This document shows, piece by piece, positions 48,407-59,480 of a DNA stretch of 64,000 nt (the stretch's first letter is position 1; every line of letters starts with the position of its first letter). The stretch is from Camelus dromedarius (Eukaryota). The position numbers were made by a program, and so were the translations under genes. A model generated the notes under the pieces. It searched no databases. It was not told the DNA's origin and saw only the letters and a list, made by a program, of their open reading frames with translations. The DNA lies in contig NC_087436.1 in NCBI RefSeq assembly GCF_036321535.1, positions 47,058,001 through 47,122,000 of the forward strand. The letters are read 5' to 3'.

Positions 48407-49339
48407 CAGCAGTTCTCAAAGCGTTACCTGTGGCCCCCCAGGGCTCCATGAGGGTAGGGGGTCCACGAGGTCAAAACTACTCTCATGAAAACAGCAACAC
48501 ATTATTTGCCTTTTCCATTGTGTTGGCATTTGCATCAATGGTGCAGGAGCAACACTGGGTAAAACTGTTGGTTCCTTGGCACCAAATAGTACTAACAGTC
48601 ATTGAGTTCTGCACCACTACACCCTCCCCAGAAAAAAAAAAATGCCAGTGTCACTTAAGAATATCCTTAATGAAGCAATAAAAATTTTTAATTTTATTAA
48701 ATCTTGACCCTTTGAAGAAAGGCTGACAAACTGTGGTTCTTTGGACTTTGGTATCTGACAGATGCTTTCTCACAAATGAGCAAAGTGAATTTCTCTCTTC
48801 AGTAGAAGCAGCTGACAGCATTTGTTACCAAGTGATAAAATTGGAGCTTTCAAGCAAAAATTAGAATTTTAGAAAACTTGTGTCCACCACTGTAGGCTTG
48901 ATGACTCCCCAAATCCTTAAAGTTTTTCTGATCAGATGAGTGATATTAATGAATGTGAATTTTATATTGAATAACAAAATATGTCAACTTAGTGAACAGT
49001 TTTCCAAATGACCAATGCAAAAATGACACATGGGTAAATTCAAAGTGCAGATTAGCTCAATGGATTTTAATGGGAGAGTAGAAAAAGTATATTGGCAACA
49101 TTTTTGACTCTACATTGCAGCTAGCCTTTAGGAAACTACCACTTGTTGAGTTTTGATTTAGTTTCAAAGAAGAAGATCCACCATTATCTGAAAAAAGCTG
49201 TTAAAATAATCCTTCCCTTTTCAGTAAAGTTTCTATGTGAGGTCAGATTTTCTTCCTATATTTCAACCAAAATAACAGCAGAGTGGAGATTTGAATGTAA
49301 AAGCAGATGTGAGAATCCAGCTGTCCTCTATTAAACCAG
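48407..49339 (+). mobile_element. Charlie1-family hAT DNA transposon remnant (internally deleted, 3' truncated)
   Basis: Left end 'cagcagttctcaaag'; internal 'tccacgaggtcaaaactact', 'atgccagtgtcacttaagaatatccttaatgaagcaataaaaat', 'gctttcaagcaaaaattagaattttagaaaacttg' and 'aagcagatgtgagaatccagctgtcctctattaaaccag'. No intact transposase ORF. Confidence 0.85.
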
Positions 49340-49564
49340 TTGCGGACGGGAGAGTTTGGTGGGTAAGTCATCTGAAAGAAGGCACAGTTCTAAATTCTAA
49401 AACTTACTGTGTCTTAGAGATGAGTGATTTGAACTTCTGGGAGCAGAGTAATTAATTTATGGGCCCTCTTTTCCCTTCCCTCTTTATCCATTCCACAGAT
49501 TTGTATTGAACATATATGCCAGGACTTTAGATATTTTACTTGCTTTGTTCATTAATCATCAGTA

Positions 49565-49720
49565 ATCTTGTAGGGTATTATTCCACCCATTTTACCCATG
49601 GGGAAACAGATCCTGAAAAATAAAGTGAATTACCTAGGCATAGCAACTCAGTGGCATTTGAATGTTTGGGATTTGAACTCTCTGTCTCCAGTTCCCATGT
49701 ACTTGAATATTAAACTGTAT
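49565..49720 (-). mobile_element. MIR remnant
   Basis: 'cccattttacccatggggaaacagatcctgaaaaataaagtgaattacctaggcatagcaactcagt...gggatttgaactc'. Confidence 0.75.
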
Positions 49721-49789
49721 TATTACTCATCTCATCCACTTGGCAACCAGAGGATGCCAGCACTGTCCATTTTGGGTTCCTCAGGAAAT

Positions 49790-49990
49790 AAGTTGTGGAA
49801 TTCAGAGTCACCGACTTGGGTTCAAATCCTGTCTCTGCTACTTAATATCCTGTGTGATCTTAGATAAACTACTCACCCTCTCAGAACGTTGGTTTTCTTT
49901 TGTCAAACATAAATCATAACTCCTAATTTAGGGATGATTTCAAGATTCAATGAGGTAGTGTATAGAAATCATCGCCTGACAGAGAACTGG
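49790..49990 (+). mobile_element. MIR SINE
   Basis: 'gtggaattcagagtcaccgacttgggttcaaatcctgtctctgctacttaatatcctgtgtgatcttagataaactac'. Confidence 0.8.
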
Positions 49991-51604
49991 GAACACAGAG
50001 GGCACTCCACACCTTTTCATCTTAGCAGCAGTTCCCGTGGCCGGTCTGTAGTCCTGCTGGTGACGCCAGCCTTCTCCTAGTGGCCCATTGTTCCCATCCA
50101 GACCCTTCATCACGGTGGAGCCTAGGGCAGGCCACGCTCAGCTGGCATGGTGGTTTGGAGCCGAGGTGGAAAGAGGAGCTGAGTAGTGAGCAGCATGGGG
50201 CAGGACGAGCAGGGATGTGGGGTTCCAACAGCACCTCACAAGCCCTCTCTCCGCGGTAATTACTTCGCCCTGTGTCCAAGGGGACTCAGCCTTCTCATCC
50301 ATAAATGTGGAGGTGATACCACCCACCACGTAGATGATGCCAGAGATACAAAGGCACGGCCACAAGCACAGCACTTCCTGAGTGTCCAATCCGTGTGCAT
50401 TCTTTCCCCTACGGCATGTTCCTTCCGCTTTTAGGGAGAGCTTCCCAGGCGTCCAGTGGAGACCATCCCTTTGCCTCCAGAGTTGGGCTCATGGAATATC
50501 TGTCCTTCACAAGCCTTAGAGTTTTGCTGCCTCCTGCTCTGGAAGCCTGTGGGCCTGGGACCTCGTCATTATCTGACAAGAGCTGCCGCATCACGACCAG
50601 CAGTGGTCTTACGTTTGAAAGCCACACCAGTCCTGTGTTAGGTGTTTAGCTCTGGTAGATCTTTGGAAAGATTTCTAGTACTAAGCATTACTTTTGAGTT
50701 CTAGTTAATGCAAAAATCGTTGTTATCTATACTTTTGAAGTAAAATAGATCTACTCCTCTTTCTGGGAAGGCTTGAGAAGCTCAGATTCTCAGGAGAAGA
50801 AGGGAAGGCATGATATGAAATTACACAGCTTCTGTTTCATGAACACCAAGGCTTCTTAAGAGTTTAATAAGAAGTAAAATGCCACCGAAACTATTGAGGC
50901 CAGATGAAATTCCTCATCTGAGTCAGCTGGTGGGGTGTTTAAATTCCCCTGGATTCGGTTATTACCAGGAGGACTACTGATAAATGCACAGCCAGTTAAA
51001 ACGGAACTCCAGACCTTTGTGCACAGCCAGATCCTGTGCTGCGGCGGGTTGAGTGGAAATCTGGAGATGTGCAGAATGGGGACTAGTCACCGGGCCAGCA
51101 GGTTTCTCCCCCAGTTACTCCACTTACCAGCAGGCCATGGCCTTAGCCTGGACGGAGTGAACCACTTTTTAGTCCTTCCCAGAACCACATCCTCAGAAGC
51201 TGACAACATTCACGACAGCTCGAGTTAGTGCCAGCGGTGAGCGGGTCATTTCTGGGAAGGCTGCTTTGGGGTGGCTCTCAAGATCCCTAAGTGGCACCCA
51301 CTTCGTGTCCACAGGAGGTGTGGGTTTTATTGGCTATGATGCCAAAGAAGTCCTTACCTGCAGGGACCAGCCTGGGTGGCAGCCAAGCTAGCTTCCTCAG
51401 CATGTTTTCCAGTCCTGGAGAGAAAGGCTGCCGTTGAGTCTGCAGCAATAACCGCTTCTCCTGAGATGCCTCTTTGTCTGATGCGATTCCTGTGCCGGGT
51501 ACGGAGACCACACAGTCACTTTATGGATGTCACATACTGTCAGGTATGGCCCAGATGGTCAACCCAGTGTCCAAGATTTTATGAACTGGGCTCTTCACGG
51601 AGGC

Positions 51605-51830
51605 CTCATGGTATACTGGTTATGAATGTGGTCTTTAGAGCCAGACTTTCTACATCTGAACCTGGCTTCGCCACTTAATAGCTCTATGCCCTTGGGAAAG
51701 TTACCTCCTTCTCTGTGCCTCAGTTTCCTCATCTGGAAAAGGAGAATAATGATAGTGCCTGCCTCAAAGGTACTTAAAAGTTCTTAGTACATAGAAGTAC
51801 TTGGTTAAGTATCAGTTGCTGTAATTATTA
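51605..51830 (+). mobile_element. MIR SINE
   Basis: 'ctttagagccagactt...cttgggaaagttacctccttctctgtgcctcagtttcctcatctggaaaaggagaataatgatagtgcctgcctca'. Confidence 0.9.
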
Positions 51831-52839
51831 TTTGCTACGTGGGTAGGATGGACTGATGGTGGTTTTTCCGGTTTGGGAAAGGATTGCGGGCTTCCTGCTG
51901 GGTAACTGTGAGTGGGTGCTGAGTATGGGCAGGAGAGCTGTCTTCTAGAATCCACCCTTGATATTCTCTGCCCCTTTTCCAGTACCTGTTCTTTCCACCT
52001 TTCTTAATTTTCCATTGCTCACCTGACTCATCACCTGCCTGAGATGTGGAGCTGGAATCAGAAGATCAGAGTCTGTGGCCTGGCTTAGCCGCTTGCTGCC
52101 ACGTGAGCTTAGACAACTGACTGAACCTCTCTGAGCAGGAGTGGAAGATCTGGGATGACTTAAGGCTGCCAGGCATCTTGTAAAGGTGGAGAGGTTGTCT
52201 GTTTATCCCAGGAAGACAGCATGCACAAAGGACACATGTTGGGAACACCTGGTGGTTCTCCCCTGGAAGCTGAGACCTAACCTGTCTGGTACATGAGAAT
52301 GAAAAAGAAGTGGTTTTTACCCTTCCTCCTGTCCTTACGGGGAGATGTGTTGGGAAAAGCTCCAGAGTGGGAGTCAGGAGACTTGGGTTCCATCAGGTGC
52401 AGTACTATGTGCACAGCACCCAGCACAGAATAGGAGCCAAAAAGATGGGGCTTCTCTACTACTTGGTTACACGGCATTGAGTGCCCCAGGGGTTTCCATC
52501 CCCATTTTATTCACAGTGACCCTGTATTACTGGAGTTGTGTAGTGAGCAGGGCTGTCTTATTGTAAGTGCTGACGGTAGTCGTGGCTTGGTCACACATTC
52601 CCTGCTGACCTCTCTTCATCAGCTTCCAGTCTTAGAAAATAAGGATGTTGGACTAAATGAACTTTTGGTTTCTTACAGCTTTAATTTGATAGGAAGGCAT
52701 ATAATTAATGTACACTGTCCCTCCTATCACCTGGTCCTCTTCTTCATAGTGCTTGATGCCATCTTTTCAGATTTTGCTTGCTTTGTTTGTTTTGTTGTTT
52801 ACATATATTTTTTGTCTCCAGGACCCTCATTCCCATTTC

Positions 52840-52935
52840 CAGGCCCCTAGAAAGGAACCTACATGAGGACAGGGACCTTATCTCTGTTGGCCATCTGAGC
52901 TAGAATGTTGCTTGGCACGTGTTAGGTGTTTAGTG
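52840..52935 (+). mobile_element. L2 3' end
   Basis: 'ctacatgaggacagggaccttatctctgtt...ctagaatgttgcttggcacgtgttaggtgtttagtgaatat'. Confidence 0.75.
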
Positions 52936-53366
52936 AATATATACATATGCCCTCATCTACACGTGTAACCAGGCATTCTAATGTGCTTACGTAAGTTTGT
53001 CTATAGAAACTAGGTAGTCAGTTGGTTATTCCTCCCCTCACCTACTCCTCTCTCCCATATACAGCACATTATTATTGGAGACTGGAGTTAAGAATGGTTG
53101 TATTATCTGTCTTAAAACTTACATAAAGCAGCAGTGCCTGGGTTCTCGCCTTGTGTGTGCATGTAGTATTGGAGGACAGTAACTCCTGATACCAGACGAA
53201 GCCCACGATTTAGGGCTGAGGACACTTGACCGTGAGGATGACGTGCCAAGCGTCTGTGGTGCCCGTTGGATCTGTTTACATACATAGTGGAGGTGGTCGG
53301 CAGGAGGCAAAATATAAACCTTAGAATTGTGCTCACTCATATTATTGAGCTTTCCTATTGCTCTTA

Positions 53367-53683
53367 NNNNNNNNNNNNNNNNNNNNNNNNNNNNNNNNNN
53401 NNNNNNNNNNNNNNNNNNNNNNNNNNNNNNNNNNNNNNNNNNNNNNNNNNNNNNNNNNNNNNNNNNNNNNNNNNNNNNNNNNNNNNNNNNNNNNNNNNNN
53501 NNNNNNNNNNNNNNNNNNNNNNNNNNNNNNNNNNNNNNNNNNNNNNNNNNNNNNNNNNNNNNNNNNNNNNNNNNNNNNNNNNNNNNNNNNNNNNNNNNNN
53601 NNNNNNNNNNNNNNNNNNNNNNNNNNNNNNNNNNNNNNNNNNNNNNNNNNNNNNNNNNNNNNNNNNNNNNNNNNNNNNNNNNN
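53367..53683. other. N-run (317 nt), probable assembly gap
   Basis: Directly visible. Confidence 0.95.
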
Positions 53684-55431
53684 CATGCAAAATATACATA
53701 TATATTTCCAGAAGGTTTCTGCAGTGCTTACTCTTTTTAACTACCTTAAGAAAATATCTCTGTAGATTGTTTGGCAATTATACTTCTCATGAGACTTTTG
53801 AAGTGAAACTCAACGCAGTTATTCTCAAGTATAGTTGAAATACATTCATTTTAGCATTTGGGTGTTGAGATTTTTGCTTCCATTTTTTAAAGGGTTTATA
53901 ATAATAATATTCTCCTTTCCTAGCATCCCCCACCCCCCACTTGCTCTAGCATTCTGAATTCCTTGTATTTAAGAAGCTTATTCCGTGTGTTTGGCAAACT
54001 GTATCATTAACACTTGAAAAAGCACTGAAACATTTTTTTTAACCTTTTACACATTTATATGCATAGATGTCTGTGCTGAGGTATATAGAGAAAACGTGTG
54101 TGGCTTTGATGATGGTGCTCTATTTAATAAACGCCAAGGGCGGTACGAGCTGCCCGTTTGCCGTAAGAGAAGAGCTGATAATTATAAAACGGGGAAAGTC
54201 TAGTATGGATATTATATCATTATCTAAAATTGTGTGATTCTTTTCCCTTTGCTTTTTTTCCCTATAAGTTTCTTTTGGGTGGAGGTTGTAATGATGAAGT
54301 GGAGAGAATTACTATTACTAACTGGAAAGAATTAAGTGTTTTTAGGATAATTATTCCTGATTTTCCTGAGGATGGTTCTTCCTGTTGGAGCCACGTACTT
54401 TTTATACTTAATTTGTAAAAAAACACGAAATACAAAATCAGTGTATGTCATAGGTGTAGCCACCACACACAGATGTGTCACGAGCTCTCAGCCGTTCAGA
54501 TACTTGCCTACGTTTTAAGCAGTTTGCGCTGTGCAGTTTCAGGCACTTCCTCAATACAGGTATTTGTTTCTAGAGAAAGTGATTTCACATCATTTTAATC
54601 TGTAGTACAGTAACAGTCTCGCTAATACAAACTAGTTATGGTGAAGGCATGTCTAACTAGTGAATTAGAGACTGTTTCGAATTCATTATAGTCTGTTCCT
54701 CTTAAATTCACAAGTTATTACCATAGTGTTTCTAAATAGAGATCTTCCTGAGACTGCCTTAACTAGTAGATGGGTTTAAAATCAGAAGCATATTTTTCAT
54801 GTATGAAATTATGTTGAATTTACTTTCTTTGGGAGAGGGGTGTAGAGTTTCTTTAAAAAAACAGTCCCCTAATTAGGTTAAACTGCCTGAGTCTTGTTTA
54901 TATGACTGATTTGCTTAGTAAGCACTTTCTTAGAGGGGGGAAAAATTCAACTTTAACCAAACAAAAGAATCCCAGATTTCAAATTGATGAAATCCAAATA
55001 AATAATCTGAACCTTTAAAAAGTGTTTTTGTCATGTAGTTTTAGAATTCTAAATTAAATAATAAAATTTACTTTTAAACAAGTACAAGACATAATATAAA
55101 TGCTAAATGTTAAAATATAAATGCTAATTTAAAGTGTTCTTACAAGCTATATTTCACATTATACAGTTGAACTCAAGATTGGAAATTCTCTTTTCTCAAT
55201 TAAGGCTTCTAGAAACTAGAGAACCTAATGATGAAATGAACGGGGCTGAAGCATAAGAACAGGTCACTGGCCATGTTTGATTGACAAAAGTATGAAACAT
55301 GAAAAAATGGTATAATGTGGTTCTTAAAGATGTACAGCTCTAGAATTATGAATTCTGTAAACCAAGGGGATATCAATGCAGCAAATTCATATTTATTGAG
55401 TTGTTTAGAAACTTACCCTGTAAGTTGACAA

Positions 55432-55520
55432 TATTTATTCATTTATTTGTTCATTCAGCAGTTTTTGAGTGCCTTTTTAAAGTGCCAGACATATGTAATG
55501 AATAAAGAGCTTGTAACACA
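55432..55520 (-). mobile_element. L2 3'-terminal remnant
   Basis: 'atttattcatttatttgttcattcagcagtttttgagtgcctttttaaagtgccagac'. Confidence 0.7.
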
Positions 55521-55856
55521 TTCATAACTTTTGCTCGAGTAACTCTTTGTTGGCTTTAACCTGAAGAGATAATCCAAAAGGGAGTGTTAATATGTATGTA
55601 CAGAAACTGATGCCATGTGGAATAATAGTGAGCCACCTAAATCTCTGAAGGGGCCTTGGGTAAACAACTGCTAGTCTCTGAGTGGGATATTGTACTTGAC
55701 AAGCATTTAAATGGGAAAATCCTGAAGATCTAAATGAGCACAGCATGTGATTGCAGTTGTCCAGGTCTGGAGAAGCTTCTTGGGTCATGCTGATGCCCAG
55801 TTCCTGCTGCTGTGTAACTTTGTCTTGGGGAGAGGAGACAGCAACTGGGTATCTGT

Positions 55857-56028
55857 NNNNNNNNNNNNNNNNNNNNNNNNNNNNNNNNNNNNNNNNNNNN
55901 NNNNNNNNNNNNNNNNNNNNNNNNNNNNNNNNNNNNNNNNNNNNNNNNNNNNNNNNNNNNNNNNNNNNNNNNNNNNNNNNNNNNNNNNNNNNNNNNNNNN
56001 NNNNNNNNNNNNNNNNNNNNNNNNNNNN
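55857..56028. other. N-run (172 nt), probable assembly gap
   Basis: Directly visible. Confidence 0.95.
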
Positions 56029-57309
56029 CCTGCCTCCCCAGGCCTGTTTGGATAAGCGAGGACACATGTCACCAGTCTGAGTGACCTCACAGGCGCCTTG
56101 CTCCTGTCACGGGGGCATCAACATACATTCATAGGAGACAATAATTTATTTGATAGCAACTTTTTATAAGCATACAAGAACTTGTTATTAGCTTCTTTTA
56201 CTTTTCAGGATTCAAAAAAACAGAAGAAAAGCATCAAATGGTCATTTTCAAATTGCCAGTTTTGAACATCTATGATCACAATATAAACCAATATGTTGTG
56301 CAGATATATTAAAAATTCAGCCTTCAGTGCCGCCTGCCGTATTCATTTATTTCAGCATATACTAGGTGTTGATGATAGTTGATGATAAAAAAAATTTAGA
56401 AAAGGGACAAAGTAGTACTTTTTTTTCTTCAACTTTTATCTTTTTAGTCTTTTGTGATTTCTTTCGGTTTCAGTTATATCCTCGTTGTGTTTTATCTTCT
56501 TTTTGTTGTTTACCAGCACCGACTTAGATATAAATGTAATTAAAGTACAAAATCAGCTCTGTCTAAAGTCAAAGCAACATGAATCGTCTTTTGCATCTCT
56601 GTATTACCACCAAGTTCTGCTTCCATGTCCTTTACAGAGAAACACGCATCGTAAGAGGTCTGAATAATCAAAATGCCCAGTTTCTAACCCGATGGGTGTG
56701 AGTTGGTTGTCACACACGAAGCTCCTGTTCTCCAAGCCTCCTGGTCCCATCTGCTTAGAGGAGACTTTGAGGAGGAGTTTATTTACAGAATAGCCTCTGC
56801 GCTTTCCACATACATACACACTTGGACCTCAGCAGGCCCTGTAGAAGTTCAAAACAAAAGATCCTAAAGAATCATGTGAAGGCAAAAAATATGCAGGGCT
56901 AAAACGTGCCATCTCCAGTGCTTCACCCTTTTGTCCAGCCCTATCTTTGATTGATTGTGAACAACAAAATTTAGTGTGTAAAAAAGAGTTGAGTTCAGAG
57001 GCTGTGTTTTTTTCCACTACTCTGAACACTTCGGGTTAAATACAATCATCTTCATTTCCCAACATTGTTAAATAGGCATCTATTTGAGGACTTAGTTACT
57101 GTTGGACTTTGACTTGAGTGGAGCCCAAGCACCTTTACTTAGAGAAGGTAGGAATCACCCAGACAAATGTCTCCAGGTTTGTCTGTGTTTTATTCTTCAT
57201 TTCCAGTCCTTCCTCTTCTCTACTTCCTTTTGTCAAAGACCTCCAAAGAATAGGAAACATCAAAGACAGGTCTGTGGATATATCATGAGAAAGGGAACCT
57301 AAGATAGGT

Positions 57310-57495
57310 GTCTCAGGAAGAAGGCTGAGTTTGAGAGGGGAGATGAAGAACAGGGCCTTGGTGGTGGCGAGTTTGAGGTGCCTTTGGGATCTCTGAAGGG
57401 AATGTGAGGGAGGCAGTTTAAATGTGAGTCACAGTCCCAGAGCCTGGTCTGAGCTGGAGAGACACATCTGGGAACCATAAGGATGCGGACGACAG
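57310..57495 (-). mobile_element. L2 internal remnant
   Basis: 'gagtttgaggtgcctttgggatctctgaagggaatgtgagggaggcagtttaaatgtgagtc...ggtctgagctggagagacacatctgggaacc'. Confidence 0.75.
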
Positions 57496-58644
57496 TTTCA
57501 GATAGCTATAAATGCCCCAAACAAGCTATTAGCAAAAAGAACCCAACAGCATGTTTTATTTAAACTATTTATTTGTCTAACAATTACATAGCACTTACTC
57601 TATTCTAGTCCCTGTTCTAAGCACTTTGAAATAACTTATTTAAAAGAATAACATTATAAAATGTTTTTAAAGAATAATACATGATGGTTCAGTAGTTTTC
57701 CTCTCAAGAATTCTAGTACAGTTCAATTTTAAAAAGAGCCAATTTGATGATAGCTATCAGTTACATTTATACTTTGTCTTCTGTTTCCATATCTTATTGC
57801 TACCTTTCTTTATTTTACCTTGCTAATTGTTAATTTTTATTTCTCAAACTTTTTTTTTTAAATAAACTCCCCAGAACTAGAGAGGGGACTAGCAAGTATG
57901 ACCAGAAATTGCCTAAAAATTGAAATCTTTATTTTGGCCTGAAAATTTGTGTGACTTTTGCATTCTACTCTATACACTGTTTATATTTGTTTCAATATAA
58001 AGATCCTGGTTTTAGTTACTTTTTTGTCCTGGACTTTGTGTACTCCATCACCATGTAACACACTAAGGGGATATGAGACCTTGTTTTAAGACAAATTAAT
58101 TGGCATGATTCTGAGTTTGTATCATTCCATTTAGGCACAGTCATCACCAAAAATAAGTATAAAGCTTACTAGATCTTTTACTGTTACTCCTTTTCTCTCC
58201 TGCCTGCCTTTTGGTTATATCATGTAGTGCATCTAGTTAGAGCATGGTGGTGCTGAGCGGCTGATTTCAAAGTTCCTGGGAGACTGGTTAGCTTTATCCA
58301 AAAATAATCCAAAATAGCAGAAAAAGAGTATCATGTATCTAACCCGAGACTGAATTATCCAGTAAACAAACTCATAAACTGTCAACAGAACCCATTTTCA
58401 TTTGTAGGAAATAACTTTAGGTTAATTTCCTGTTAGGAAGCACATTCATTTCTACCTTTCTCTCGGTGTGTGACGAAGTGGGGTGGGGTACAGGGCTGTG
58501 GGTGTAGGAAAAGGAAAGGAAGCTAATACCAGCCATTTTGTTCCACTCATTATGTCTGATAAAAATGTTAAAAAGAAAGAGCTTTTAGGAAATACCGGGT
58601 TTACATACCTGTTTATATGTTTATATCCTTATAAATAACAACAA

Positions 58645-58850
58645 ACACATTGCACTTACACTGCATACCAAGTACTTTTCTGTATTATATACGTGAATGT
58701 ATTTATTCCTCACAACAACCTCTATTTCATTTTTATTCTAATTTCACACAACAATTAATAATTAACCTCCTCAAGGATCTGTATAGCTAGTGAGTATGTA
58801 TACTATATCCATACCGTCTGAGTCCAGAATCATTTTAGCTATATTTATAA
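58645..58850 (-). mobile_element. MIR remnant
   Basis: 'gtatttattcctcacaacaacctctatttcatttttattctaatttcac...tcaaggatctgtatagctagtgagt...gtctgagtccagaatc'. Confidence 0.65.
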
Positions 58851-59139
58851 AAGTTTAAAAATCTTTAAGGATATGCTGCATATATCCTCTAGCACATAGT
58901 AAGTGTTCAGTAAATACTCGTTAAATGAATGATGGGAAATGTGTTTTCAGTAGTTGGAAGAGAGGCATAGGCTTCTAGGAGTCTTTGGAAATAGGATCTT
59001 AAAACAACAGTAAGCTATTTAGAAAACACAGATCCACTTTCTGGTCATGTAGTGACCTAAGCCACATAATGTCCTTGTGTGTACATTTAAAATGGTTTAT
59101 GATGTTGACCCAGCATGAGGAATGGGTCTGTTTACTTTA

Positions 59140-59480
59140 CTTGTTCATTTGTTCAGTCATTCGGAGGTGTATTCAGAGCCTCCTCGGGAGATAACCATAG
59201 TCTGATACACATATTGGGAAAACAGTCCCTTTCTTCCAAGGAGTGTATAAGCTTATGGAGGAAATCACGCACAAACTGTAAAATAAAATGAAGAACATCT
59301 TAAGTACCACATCAAAAGTAAAATAAAATGTTGTAGATTCAAAGAAGAAAGATTTCTCAGAGCTATAAAAGTTAGAGAATATTCCATGGGAGAGAGGTAT
59401 TTGAAATATGATTAGAATTTTAATAGAAACAGTCAAATTAAATACCCAGCATAGGAACTAGCATGTGGCAGATGCTAAGT
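59140..59480 (-). mobile_element. L2 remnant
   Basis: 'ttgttcatttgttcagtcattc...aaaacagtccctttcttccaaggagtgtataagctt...ccagcataggaactagcatgtggcagatgc'. Confidence 0.65.

Noticed and set aside
53123-53340. Minus-strand exon ending at a TAT|GTAAGT donor
   Set aside because: No convincing upstream acceptor, the encoded peptides are unrecognisable, and it opposes the inferred host strand.
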